Notes under the pieces: generated by a model
Told to the model about the DNA's origin: nothing
What the model saw: the letters and a program-made list of their open reading frames with translations, nothing else
The model's database searches: none
Part shown: positions 27,464 through 37,171 of the stretch, piece after piece
Numbering within the stretch: position 1 is the stretch's first letter
Layout: each line of letters begins with the position of its first letter
NCBI GenBank assembly: GCA_964406665.1
Contig: CAYOSQ010000001.1
Span: forward strand, 199,412-263,411
DNA: 64,000 nucleotides
Origin: an uncultured Planctomycetia bacterium
GTDB taxonomy: Bacteria; Omnitrophota; Gorgyraeia; VGKH01; JBHPFN01
Direction of reading: 5' to 3'
Made by a program: the position numbers and the translations under genes

Positions 27464-27808
27464 TTGTATAATCTTACCAAACAGGAAATTCTGGTTTTGC
27501 TTTTTATATGCATAGTTGTACTTATTGGTACATCGCTGCATCTTTTTGTAAAAAACCCGCCAAGTTTAGAAGATGTTGTTTCCGAAATAAACCGCAATAA
27601 TTTCCTAAATAAAATTAATATTAATGATGCAAATTTTATTGAATTGATAAAAATTAAATATATAACTCCTTTATCAGCTAAGCGTTTAATTAGTTATCGT
27701 AAAGAAAAAGGAAGTTTTCAAAGCCTTCAAGAGGTAAAAGAATTTTTAGGGATTAAAGATAGAGAATTTGACACCATAGAGAAATTATTGACAATTAAAT
27801 TCAATTAG
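27464..27808 (+). CDS. comEA: ComEA-like helix-hairpin-helix DNA-binding competence protein
   Basis: TM anchor plus …ININDANFIELIKIKYITPLSAKRLISYRKEKGSFQSLQEVKEFLGIKDREFDTIEKLL… (tandem HhH). The start is apparently TTG. Confidence 0.7.
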   Translation: MYNLTKQEILVLLFICIVVLIGTSLHLFVKNPPSLEDVVSEINRNNFLNKININDANFIELIKIKYITPLSAKRLISYRKEKGSFQSLQEVKEFLGIKDREFDTIEKLLTIKFN

Positions 27809-27813
27809 TAAAG

Positions 27814-29352
27814 ATGAAAAAGCCACTTGTTGGAATTTGTATATTTCTTTGTTTGGGCATCTGGTTAGCTAAATACATACCAATACCGCAGTATATTCTG
27901 TTTATTTCTGCTTTTATCTTACCGATTTTGACTTTTATTATGTTAAGGCATAACAGAAGAATTTCCACAGCCTTTTTATGGTTGTGCTTTTTTGTTTTAG
28001 GGGCTTTTTTGCTTAAGAATGCAGAAATGCTGCCAAGTAATCATATTAATAGATATATATCTAATAAAGGAAAGGCAGCATATCTTAAGGGAATTGTTGA
28101 TAACGATCCTGTTGAAAAAAGGTTACGTTATGGCAACAGGACAACTTGCATTTTGAATGCTTATAAGTTAGGGATTAATAATAGGGAATATGATGTCTGC
28201 GGTAAAGTTTTAGTAAACATATATCGCAGTGAGAATCTGGAATATGGAAATGAGGTATTACTTAAAGGTAAAATTTACAAACCGATGAGATTTCAGATAT
28301 CTGATAGACTAAATTATAGAGATTATTTAAAACAAAAAAATATATATGGAATCTTTAGTGTAAAAAAAGATATTCCGGTTACGATTTTAGGTCAGAGAAT
28401 AGAAAATCCTTTAAAGACATTTGCCTTTAAGCTGAAACGTAAAGTAAAAAATATATTTGTTGGTCATCTGCCTTTTTTGGAAGCTGCTTTTATGAAAGCC
28501 ATGTTTTTAGGTGAGCGTCAGGATATTCCTCAATTCTTGAAAGATGTATTTGCCCGTACTGGAACTGTTCATATTTTGGCTATTAGTGGTTTACATGTCG
28601 GGATAATAATTTTTATTATTCTGTTTTTTTTAAAGGCCGTTAGAATTCCACGCAAGACTCGTTTTGTTATTACTATGATGTTTTTAATAGTTTATGTTTT
28701 TATCACCGGAGCTAGGCCTTCAGTTATCCGCGCGGCAGTTATGGCGATGGTATTGTTAGGAGGTTATCTATTTGAAAGAGAGATAGATGTTTATAATTCT
28801 TTAGCAGCTGCCGCTCTGATGATTCTTTTGTATAATCCAAAGCAGTTGTTTGATATTGGTTTCCAACTTTCTTTTTTAAGTGTCATTTCGATAATATATT
28901 TATACCCACGTTTTGAAAAAAAGATGATTAAGCGCGAGTTTCCTGGTATTGTAAAATTCTTTATGAAGTGTTTTTGTGTATCTTCCGCGGCTTGGTTAGG
29001 TGTTGCTGGTTTGATTGCTTATTATTTTAACATCATTACACTTATTTCGGTCTTTGCCAATTTAATTATAGTGCCATTTATATCGGTAATTATTGCTTTA
29101 GGTCTTAGCTTTGTATTTTGCGGAGTTTTGTTGCCTAAAATTATTTTTATATTTGCTTTTCCACTTAAGCTATCTTTGTTTATTTTGGCAAAAACCGCCT
29201 ATGCGTTTAGTCTTATGCCCTTTGCTTATTTCTATACAGGTAGTTTTAATATAAGGTATGTTATTTTATATTATAGTCTGATAGTGTTTATATTTGGTTT
29301 TGGGAGGGTTCTTTTATTGACAAAGTCTTTCAAGTATGATAGACTCGCTTAA
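27814..29352 (+). CDS. comEC: ComEC/Rec2 DNA internalization channel protein (lacks the C-terminal metallo-beta-lactamase domain)
   Basis: Competence-domain motif …GERQDIPQFLKDVFARTGTVHILAISGLHVGII…. Polytopic membrane protein of 512 aa. Confidence 0.8.
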   Translation: MKKPLVGICIFLCLGIWLAKYIPIPQYILFISAFILPILTFIMLRHNRRISTAFLWLCFFVLGAFLLKNAEMLPSNHINRYISNKGKAAYLKGIVDNDPVEKRLRYGNRTTCILNAYKLGINNREYDVCGKVLVNIYRSENLEYGNEVLLKGKIYKPMRFQISDRLNYRDYLKQKNIYGIFSVKKDIPVTILGQRIENPLKTFAFKLKRKVKNIFVGHLPFLEAAFMKAMFLGERQDIPQFLKDVFARTGTVHILAISGLHVGIIIFIILFFLKAVRIPRKTRFVITMMFLIVYVFITGARPSVIRAAVMAMVLLGGYLFEREIDVYNSLAAAALMILLYNPKQLFDIGFQLSFLSVISIIYLYPRFEKKMIKREFPGIVKFFMKCFCVSSAAWLGVAGLIAYYFNIITLISVFANLIIVPFISVIIALGLSFVFCGVLLPKIIFIFAFPLKLSLFILAKTAYAFSLMPFAYFYTGSFNIRYVILYYSLIVFIFGFGRVLLLTKSFKYDRLA

Positions 29353-29413
29353 GAAACTTGAGCATTCTTGAACCAAATTCTTTTTACTAGTTTAATAAAT
29401 GGAGCTTAAGTCA

Positions 29414-30361
29414 ATGAAAAATAAGGCGTTAGCAGTATTTTTTGCCATATTTTTTATATCCGCATCACAGTGTTATGCCTATTGGATTTGGACGCCGGAG
29501 TCAAGAAAATGGACAAATCCTAAATATGCCACTAAAGATACCCCTGTTGAACAATTGACATTTGCTAAAGAAATTTTGGATTCCGCAGAGACAGAGAGGG
29601 CGATGTCTGAGTTTCAAAAGCTTATTCGTAGGTTTCCCCGTTCTTTTGAGGCATCTGAAGCCCAATTCTTTATTGGTCAGTGCTTAGAGCAACTGAAGAT
29701 GCCCTATAAGGCATTTCAGGGTTATCAGAAGGTAATCGATAAATATCCTTTTAGCGAGCGAACTCCTGAGATAGTCAAGAGACAATTTGATATCGCAGAT
29801 CATATTTTAGAAGGGAAAGAACGATCTTTGTGGGATGTTATTTCTACTCAAGAGTATCCTGTGGTGGAAATATTGCGGGCGGTAATTAGCAATGAACCAT
29901 ATGGAGAATATGCCGCAGCATCATATTACAAATTAGGCATGTTTCATAAGAACTTGCATTTATTAGAAGAAGCCAAGAAAGAATTCGACTATATAATTAC
30001 CGATTATCCCGATAGCGATTGGGTGAAGCCGGCTAGATATCAAATAGCTTTTTGTGATGCATTGCTTTCAGGCAAGGCAGATTATGATCAAGAATCTGCG
30101 CGTAACGCTCAAGAAGGCTTTGAGAAATTCCTAGAAGATTTTCCTGATGCCGAGTTATCTGATAAGGCGCGTGATGAGTTAAGGTCTTTACGAGACAAAG
30201 AGGCACAGAGCAATTTCAAGATAGCTCAGTTCTATGAACGTCAGAAATCCTATGATAGTGCAAAGATGTATTATCAGTTTGTTATCGATAGATTCTCTGA
30301 TACGGCTTGGGCAGGACAGTCTTTGGAAAAAATTCAAAACATAAATAGTAAAAAACAATGA
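29414..30361 (+). CDS. TPR-repeat outer-membrane lipoprotein, BamD/YfiO-like
   Basis: Signal peptide MKNKALAVFFAIFFISASQCYA followed by repeated TPR-like helices. An ATG at 29414 with a GGAG RBS is preferred over 29399. Confidence 0.55.
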   Translation: MKNKALAVFFAIFFISASQCYAYWIWTPESRKWTNPKYATKDTPVEQLTFAKEILDSAETERAMSEFQKLIRRFPRSFEASEAQFFIGQCLEQLKMPYKAFQGYQKVIDKYPFSERTPEIVKRQFDIADHILEGKERSLWDVISTQEYPVVEILRAVISNEPYGEYAAASYYKLGMFHKNLHLLEEAKKEFDYIITDYPDSDWVKPARYQIAFCDALLSGKADYDQESARNAQEGFEKFLEDFPDAELSDKARDELRSLRDKEAQSNFKIAQFYERQKSYDSAKMYYQFVIDRFSDTAWAGQSLEKIQNINSKKQ

Positions 30362-30894
30362 AAATAAAAATATTAGCTACTTTAATTGTTTCAGCGCTTA
30401 TACTTGGATGTGGTTATACAACAAGATCTGCAATTTTTTCTGGTACCAAGAATATTTATATCGCTCAATTTAAAAATAAAATTGATTTTACCTCTGACTA
30501 CAACGAATACAAAAAATTGAGAACTTATTTTCCTCTTTTAGAAGTAAGTATAACCAATGAAGTTATAGATAAATTTCTTTCTGATGGTAATCTTAGAATC
30601 TCTAAGGAAGAGAATGCTGATTTTATCTTAACCGGAGAATTATTAGAATATCGGCGTGACGCCTTGCGCTATGACGATGATCAAGATGTAGATGAATACA
30701 GAATTAACTTAGTTGTCAGTTTATCTTTTTGGAACTCTGAAGAAAATAAGCAGCAGTGGGTAGAAACTAGATTTGTAGGAGATACTACATATTTTACTAC
30801 AGGTTCACTTGCCAAATCGGAACAGACCGCAGTAAATGACGCCGTTAGAGATTTAGCTAAACGTATAGTTGAGCGAGTAGTAGACGACTGGTAA
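30358..30894 (+). CDS. LptE-like LPS-assembly lipoprotein
   Basis: Lipobox …LILGCGY…, ~180 aa. Its position downstream of leuS and upstream of a holA-like gene mirrors the E. coli leuS-lptE-holA synteny. Confidence 0.5.
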   Translation: MKIKILATLIVSALILGCGYTTRSAIFSGTKNIYIAQFKNKIDFTSDYNEYKKLRTYFPLLEVSITNEVIDKFLSDGNLRISKEENADFILTGELLEYRRDALRYDDDQDVDEYRINLVVSLSFWNSEENKQQWVETRFVGDTTYFTTGSLAKSEQTAVNDAVRDLAKRIVERVVDDW

Positions 30895-30897
30895 TGC

Positions 30898-31551
30898 ATG
30901 CTTTATCTATTTGTCGGCACAGACTCTATATCAAAAAATAGAAAAATTGAACAATTGCGCCGTGAAATATTAGGTTCTTCCAACTTGTTTGATTTTACGA
31001 TTTTTTACGGGAAAGAATTAAACGACCAAGATTTCAAAAAAGAACTTCAGCAGCTTCCCGCAAAATCTTCAAAGAAAATAATTGTAATAAAGCAGCCTGA
31101 AAAATTATCAACAGCTTGTAAAAAAGCTGTTGTTGCTTTTAAGAATTCAGTAAGTAGATCAATTTTGGTAATTTTAGACGTAGAAATAATCGGAAAAAAA
31201 GATACTTTTTTCAAACAGTTATCGCAGGGTGAGGGTTCGCGCGTATTTAATTTTAAGGGAGGATATGTCAACAATACCTTCGATCTTGCTAAGGCAGTTG
31301 AAAAGAAAAACAGTAAGGAAGCGCTTACGATTTATTCTCAGCTGATGTCAAAGGGAGAAGATGTACAGCGAATAATTGGTGGTATGATATGGCATTGGCA
31401 AAATTATCGCCAAAGAATGTCTAAGGAGTATTTTAAACAAAGCCTTGACGAGTTTTTGGATACAGACATACGAATAAAAACCGGAAAGGTAAAACCAGAA
31501 TTAGCTTTGGAATTGTTGATTGTTAAGCTATGTTCTTTAAAGCGCGACTGA
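30898..31551 (+). CDS. DNA polymerase III delta-subunit-like protein (short HolA-like)
   Basis: The N-terminus MLYLFVGTDSISKNRKIEQLRREI… is HolA-like. At 217 aa it is shorter than typical HolA. Synteny supports the call. Confidence 0.4.
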   Translation: MLYLFVGTDSISKNRKIEQLRREILGSSNLFDFTIFYGKELNDQDFKKELQQLPAKSSKKIIVIKQPEKLSTACKKAVVAFKNSVSRSILVILDVEIIGKKDTFFKQLSQGEGSRVFNFKGGYVNNTFDLAKAVEKKNSKEALTIYSQLMSKGEDVQRIIGGMIWHWQNYRQRMSKEYFKQSLDEFLDTDIRIKTGKVKPELALELLIVKLCSLKRD

Positions 31552-31786
31552 ATTGAGATTTTTTGCGGCTTGCTTTGTTTTTGTGAAGGATACCTTTAAG
31601 TGCTGCTCTATCTAGTTTAGCCATAAGTTTTTTTAAGGCATCTTTAGCTTCTGCAGCATTTTTGCTGCTTATGAGAGATTCAAGCTTTTTAATAGTCTTT
31701 TTTAGATCCGCTTTGAACATAGTATTGCGTGAACGACGAGTTTTATTTGCGCGCAAACTTTTTAATTGTGCTTTTCTCTGTGGCAA
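31523..31786 (-). CDS. rpsT: 30S ribosomal protein S20
   Basis: …AKGILHKNKASRKKSQFSRALKNIA C-terminus and overall similarity to bS20. It converges on and overlaps the holA-like 3' end. Confidence 0.9.
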   Translation of the reverse strand: MPQRKAQLKSLRANKTRRSRNTMFKADLKKTIKKLESLISSKNAAEAKDALKKLMAKLDRAALKGILHKNKASRKKSQFSRALKNIA

Positions 31787-31863
31787 TTTTGCTCCTTTCG
31801 GTTGAATTTATTCACGAGCTTGCCGTATCCCTAATGCAGTGAATATAGCAAAGGCAAAGGAAA

Positions 31864-33411
31864 ATGTCAACTAATAAAATAGTAAAGTCGACCTCAGTTA
31901 TTGGCCTATTTACGCTGTTTTCCAGAGTTTTAGGATTCATTCGGGATATTGTTATTGCTAAGCTATTTGGAACTTCTCTGGCCGCCGAAGCATTCTTTGT
32001 AAGCTTCCGCATACCTAATATGTTGCGTAATCTAGTGGGAGAAGGCTCTGTTAACGCTGCCGTTGTGCCTGTTGTATCTGATTATACGGAAGAAGAAAAA
32101 CATCAGGATTTCTTAAGTGTTTCTAATTCAGTTATGTTTATAGCATTGGTATTCTTAAGTGGAATTACGGTTTTAGGGATTATTTTTTCTCCTTTTTTGG
32201 TAAGGCTTATTGCCCCGGGCTTTATGCAAAATACCTACCAGTTAGATCTAACCATAAAATTAACCAGAATAATGTTTCCCTATTTGCTGTTGATTGGATT
32301 AACAGCTTGTAGTATGGGGATTTTGCATAGTTTCAAATCTTTTTTTAGTTCTGCAATTGGGCCTTGTTTGTTAAATGTGTCTTTGATTGCCAGCAGTATT
32401 TTGGCAGCAAATTTTTTAAAAGAACCAATTTATGGTTTAGCTATCGGGGTAATTGTTGGTGGTATTTTGCAGCTTACAATTCAGCTGCCGTATTTATACA
32501 GGGTAGGTTTTCGCTTAAAGAGGGTGCGCGATTTTATGCATCCTGCGATAAGATTGATGCGCAATTTGTTAATACCTAGGATTTTCGGAAGTGCTGTTTA
32601 TCAGTTAAATATTTTTGTAGATACACTCTGTGCCTCATTGTCTTTTATCGTAGGAAGCGGAGCGGTTGCCGCAATTTATTATGCAAACCGCATTATTCAG
32701 TTTCCTTTAGCTGTTTTTGGTATTGCTTTAGCCCAAGCCATTCTTCCTATGATGTCTCAGGCGGCTTCAGGTGATGCGAAAGAATTCAGGAAAACAGTAG
32801 TTTTTGCCCTTGAGAGCATTTGTCTTATTATGATTCCTGCAACATTGGCCTTGGCTATCCTTGCTCAACCGATAATTAAGATATTATTTCAAAGAGGAAG
32901 TTTCGGAGAATACGCAACAGCTATTACGTCTTCAGCTTTATTGTTTTATTCTTTCGGTTTATTTGCCTTTGCCGGAATAAAAATTATGGTAAGTGCTTTT
33001 CATGCTTTAAAAGATACAAAAACGCCTGTTAAGATTGCTGCAATATGTCTAGTAATTAATGCCTTGCTTAATTTTATTTTGATGTGGAAATTCAAGGTTG
33101 CAGGAATTGCGCTGGCTAGTTCCATCTCTTCCATAACACAGTTTTTATTACTTCTTTATATTTTTAAGGATAAGATAGGAAATGTTGTAAATAAAGATTT
33201 TATTGTATATATTTTACGTGTTGTTTTTATTTCGGGAATAATGGCTACAGTCTTATATTTTAGCTGGAATAATCTTTTCTTTGGCGTTAACGAGATATTA
33301 AGATTAGTTATTGTGATTATTTTGGGTTTAGTTTCGTTTTGTATGGCCTGTTTGTTGTTCGGCTCTAAAGAAAAAGAAATTTTGCTATCGTGGATATCAG
33401 GAAAAAAATAA
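31864..33411 (+). CDS. murJ: lipid II flippase MurJ (MviN)
   Basis: …LFSRVLGFIRDIVIAKLFG…FFVSFRIPNMLRNLVGEGSVNAAVVP… MurJ N-terminal signature. ~14 TM segments, 515 aa. Confidence 0.9.
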   Translation: MSTNKIVKSTSVIGLFTLFSRVLGFIRDIVIAKLFGTSLAAEAFFVSFRIPNMLRNLVGEGSVNAAVVPVVSDYTEEEKHQDFLSVSNSVMFIALVFLSGITVLGIIFSPFLVRLIAPGFMQNTYQLDLTIKLTRIMFPYLLLIGLTACSMGILHSFKSFFSSAIGPCLLNVSLIASSILAANFLKEPIYGLAIGVIVGGILQLTIQLPYLYRVGFRLKRVRDFMHPAIRLMRNLLIPRIFGSAVYQLNIFVDTLCASLSFIVGSGAVAAIYYANRIIQFPLAVFGIALAQAILPMMSQAASGDAKEFRKTVVFALESICLIMIPATLALAILAQPIIKILFQRGSFGEYATAITSSALLFYSFGLFAFAGIKIMVSAFHALKDTKTPVKIAAICLVINALLNFILMWKFKVAGIALASSISSITQFLLLLYIFKDKIGNVVNKDFIVYILRVVFISGIMATVLYFSWNNLFFGVNEILRLVIVIILGLVSFCMACLLFGSKEKEILLSWISGKK

Positions 33412-34628
33412 AGAAATTCCCCGATTCTCCCGGAGTGTATTTAATGAAAAATGCATCCGGGAAAATTATTTATATAGGTAAAGCAATCTCTCTTAAAAAG
33501 AGAATAGCATCATATTTTCGTACGCCAAGCTCCCAGATGTCTAAGCAAGAGATGTTGATGCCTAATGTTTGCGACATAGATTATATTTTAGCCGATACTG
33601 AAGCTCAGGCACTTTTATTAGAGGCCGAATTAATAAAAAAACATAAGCCGAAATACAACGTAAGTTTGCGTGATGACAAAAGTTTTCCTTCGATAGCGAT
33701 TACCAATGATGACTTTCCATCAGTTTTTATCTCTAGGCAAAAAATGAAAGAGAAGGCTAAATATTTCGGTCCGTATACCAATGCTACCGCTCTTAAGGGG
33801 ATACTAAAGATTATTAGAGATATTTTTCCTTTTCGTTCCTGCAGGAAATTACCCAAAAAAGCTTGCCTTTATTATTATATAAATCTTTGTCCGGCTCCGT
33901 GTATATCTAGGGTTGAGAAATCAAAATATCGCCGCAGCATAAAAAATATAATATTGATTTTAGAAGGCAAGTATGAACGGCTATTAAAGGAATTAACAAG
34001 ACAGATGCAAGAATTAGCAAAAGGAAAAAGATTTGAGGAAGCAGGAGTGCTGCGGGATCAAATTATGGCATTGGGAAGTATTTATTCTGGAGGGCAAATT
34101 AAAACTACTGTAGGGCAGCTACAGCAACTCAAAGATATTTTACGTCTCACTGTTTTACCTATGCGCATCGAGGCTTTTGATATATCTAATATATTCGGCA
34201 GCGAAGCAGTTGGTTCTATGGTTTCTTTTTTTCAGGGTAGGCCGGATAAAAGCAATTATAGAAGATTTCGTATACGTGAATTTAAGGGCATAGATGATTA
34301 CAAGATGCTTTCTGAAATTACCAGAAGGCGGTATAAAAGGATAGCAGAGTATAGAATAAAACAACCGCATCTTATTCTGATTGATGGAGGGAAAGGGCAA
34401 CTTTCAGCAGTTAAGAATGTACTTGATGAGCTCAAGCTTAAAATACCAGTGATAAGTATTGCCAAGCAAAACGAAGAAATATTTGTTACCGGGAGAAAAA
34501 ATTCCATCAAGCTGCCTAAACACTATCCTGCACTTAATCTTATTCGTAGAATCAGAGACGAGGCACATCGTTTCGCCTTAGCCTATCACCATATTTTAAG
34601 GAAAAAAAATGCCTTCAAAAAAAAATAA
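33390..34628 (+). CDS. uvrC: excinuclease ABC subunit C-like (GIY-YIG + UvrB-interaction + RNase H-like endonuclease domains; no C-terminal HhH)
   Basis: GIY-YIG region …PDSPGVYLMKN…IIYIGKAISLKKR…, UVR motif …FEEAGVLRDQI…, and the endonuclease-domain region …ILIDGGKGQLSAV…. At 412 aa it is shorter than canonical UvrC. Confidence 0.7.
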   Translation: MDIRKKIKKFPDSPGVYLMKNASGKIIYIGKAISLKKRIASYFRTPSSQMSKQEMLMPNVCDIDYILADTEAQALLLEAELIKKHKPKYNVSLRDDKSFPSIAITNDDFPSVFISRQKMKEKAKYFGPYTNATALKGILKIIRDIFPFRSCRKLPKKACLYYYINLCPAPCISRVEKSKYRRSIKNIILILEGKYERLLKELTRQMQELAKGKRFEEAGVLRDQIMALGSIYSGGQIKTTVGQLQQLKDILRLTVLPMRIEAFDISNIFGSEAVGSMVSFFQGRPDKSNYRRFRIREFKGIDDYKMLSEITRRRYKRIAEYRIKQPHLILIDGGKGQLSAVKNVLDELKLKIPVISIAKQNEEIFVTGRKNSIKLPKHYPALNLIRRIRDEAHRFALAYHHILRKKNAFKKK

Positions 34629-34899
34629 ATTAACGCCTTTTCAGATAAAGGTATTAAAAATAGTTAGTTCGATTCCTCTTGGGGAAGTCCGTACATATAA
34701 GTGGATAGCGAAAAAAGTGAGAAAGCCCGGGGCGTATAGGGCAGTGGGGAGCGCTTTAAACAAAAATCCTTATCCTATTTTGATACCTTGCCATAGGGTG
34801 GTAAAATCTGATGGAAATATCGGCGGATATGCACGAGGTAAGAAGCTCAAAAAAAATCTTTTATTACTTGAAAAACACATAGCTAAATTGCTAGAATGA
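34609..34899 (+). CDS. MGMT-family DNA-binding domain protein (Ogt C-terminal-domain-like, retains PCHRVV Cys)
   Basis: …NPYPILIPCHRVVKSDGNIGGY… active-site-like motif. 96 aa, so it lacks the N-terminal domain. Confidence 0.7.
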   Translation: MPSKKNKLTPFQIKVLKIVSSIPLGEVRTYKWIAKKVRKPGAYRAVGSALNKNPYPILIPCHRVVKSDGNIGGYARGKKLKKNLLLLEKHIAKLLE

Positions 34900-34956
34900 G
34901 GCAATAACATTATATATAATTAAGCATAAAGCGAAAAAATGCGAGGGAGGTTGATA

Positions 34957-36036
34957 ATGAATATAAAAGAATTCCTGTCAATTATGATTGATAAAAAATC
35001 TTCGGATATGTTCCTGCGAGCCGGAGGAATTCCCAGGCTTAGAATAGATGGCAAGATATGTCCTCTGGATACAAATGTTTTGACACCAGAACAGCTTGAT
35101 AAATTAGCAGAAGAGTTGATGAGCACCGATGATCAAAGGACTAAGTTTAAGGAAAACCTTGAGGTTGATTTTGCAATCTCTGTTCCTAAATTAGGCCGGT
35201 TTAGGGTAATTATTTTTATCCAAAGAGGTACTCCTTCGATAGTTATCAGACATGTCCTTGATGAATCTCGAACGTTTGAAGAATTAAATCTTCCTGGACA
35301 TCTGTTCAAGCAATTTGCCGCAGAGAACAGAGGTATTATTTTAGCAACAGGCCCTGCCGGAAGCGGTAAGTCAACTTCCATATCTAGTATGCTGGAGCAT
35401 ATAAACGAGAGTATGCAGAAGCATATTATCACAGTTGAAGACCCAATAGAGTTTATGTTCAAAGACAAAAAATCTATAATAAACCAAAGAGAATTAGGGC
35501 TTGATGTTCCCAGTTATCCGGAAGCATTGAGGCATTTTACTCTCCAGAGTCCGGATGTTATTTTTATTGGATTGATTAGAGATACAGAGACAATGAAAGC
35601 GGCAATATCTGCTGCAGAGATGGGTGTTATGGTTGTGTCAACCTTTCATACTGTGAACACTATGCAGACTATTGAGAGAATGATTAATTTCTTCCCTCCT
35701 TATCTGCATAATGAGGTAAAGATGCGTTTATCGCTTCTTTTGAAAGGTATCGTTTCTCTTAGATTAATTCCTAGAAAAGATGCCGCTGGAAGAATCCCGG
35801 CTTATGAATCTATGGTTTTAACTCCTAGTGTAGGAAGAATAATAAGAGAAGGTAAACTTTGGGAGATGAAGCGTTTCTTAGAAGAAGGCGAGATGTTTGG
35901 CATGCAGACATTCAACCAGTCTTTGGTTAAGCTTGTTAAGGATGGTAAGATTACCGAAGAAAGTGCTAGAGAATTTTCGGACAACAGGGATGAATTTGAG
36001 CTTGAGCTCAGAGGAATAAAGCGGATTGCAGGATAA
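34957..36036 (+). CDS. pilT: type IV pilus retraction ATPase PilT/PilU family
   Basis: Walker A …ATGPAGSGKSTS…, Asp box and His box regions. A GAGGGAGG RBS precedes the ATG at 34957. Confidence 0.85.
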   Translation: MNIKEFLSIMIDKKSSDMFLRAGGIPRLRIDGKICPLDTNVLTPEQLDKLAEELMSTDDQRTKFKENLEVDFAISVPKLGRFRVIIFIQRGTPSIVIRHVLDESRTFEELNLPGHLFKQFAAENRGIILATGPAGSGKSTSISSMLEHINESMQKHIITVEDPIEFMFKDKKSIINQRELGLDVPSYPEALRHFTLQSPDVIFIGLIRDTETMKAAISAAEMGVMVVSTFHTVNTMQTIERMINFFPPYLHNEVKMRLSLLLKGIVSLRLIPRKDAAGRIPAYESMVLTPSVGRIIREGKLWEMKRFLEEGEMFGMQTFNQSLVKLVKDGKITEESAREFSDNRDEFELELRGIKRIAG

Positions 36037-37146
36037 TGATTGATGAACTTAAAAAAGAAATAAAAGTTTTAGAAAAAAAGTTAGAGCAGCTGCGAGGTTA
36101 TCTTTGACGTTGATAACAAACAGAAACATATAGAAGAGCTGCAAGAGAAGATGTCTGAGCCTAATTTTTGGCAAGATCAGGCGCAGGCAAATAAAATTTC
36201 CCAAGAGTTAAAAGATCATAAATCTTGCATTGAACCCTGGCATATCTATTCTCAGAAATTCCACGAGATCCAAGAATTAATCCAAATTACATCAGAAGAT
36301 GATAAGGCTTTACTTTCTCAGATGAAAGCAGAGATCGATGAAGTTTCTTCTGCTGTTGCAGGATTAGAATTTACCCTTCTTTTAAGCGGTGAGTTTGATA
36401 AATCAAATGTTATTTTTAGCATTAATGCTGGTGCAGGTGGAACAGAGTCTTGTGATTGGGTAAGCATGTTGTTTCGTATGTATTGTCGCTGGGCAGAGAA
36501 TAAAGGATACAAAGTTCAAACTATTGATTTACTGCATGGTGAAGAAGCTGGAATAAAAAATGTAACACTACGTATAATTGGTTCTTATGCTTTTGGTTAT
36601 TTGAAGGCAGAGAAAGGCGTGCATCGCCTGGTAAGGATTTCTCCATTTGATTCAAATAAAAGAAGACATACTTCGTTTGCATCTGTGGATGCGATACCTG
36701 AAGTTACTGATGATATTCAGATAGAGCTTAAGCCCGAAGATTTAAAGATAGATGTTTACAGATCTTCCGGTCCTGGAGGTCAAAGCGTTAATACAACTGA
36801 TTCAGCTATCCGCATTACGCATATTCCTTCGGGGATAGTTGTTCAGTGTCAGAATGAACGTTCTCAACATCAGAATAAACAGATGGCTATGAAGATTTTA
36901 AAGGCTCGGATATACGAATCTGAAAGACAGAAAAAGCAGGATAAAATGGATTCAATCTCGGGGCAGAAACAAAAAATTGAATGGGGCAGCCAGATGCGTT
37001 CTTATGTAATGCATCCTTATTCTATGGTAAAAGACCACCGCACAAATACTGAAACGGGAAATGTGCAAGCAGTAATGGATGGAAGCATAGATGTATTTAT
37101 TCAGTCATACCTTAAAAGCCAGTCAACCAAAAAAGTAAAACCATAA
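36036..37146 (+). CDS. prfB: peptide chain release factor 2 with programmed +1 ribosomal frameshift (join 36036..36104, 36106..37146)
   Basis: Frame 0 gives MIDELKKEIKVLEKKLEQLRGYL-stop at the canonical CTT TGA C site (36102-36108), preceded by the SD-like GCGAGGT. The +1 frame continues DVDNKQ… into the body carrying SPF (…RISPFDS…) and GGQ (…GPGGQSVN…) motifs. Confidence 0.9.
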
Positions 37147-37171
37147 ACAATGTTTTAACCTTCAGGTTTTA

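Noticed and set aside
36151-37146. prfB body as an independent gene starting at MSEPNFWQ…
   Set aside because: The upstream 23-codon ORF ending at the canonical CTT TGA C frameshift site shows this is the programmed +1 frameshift product. The two parts were merged into one gene.
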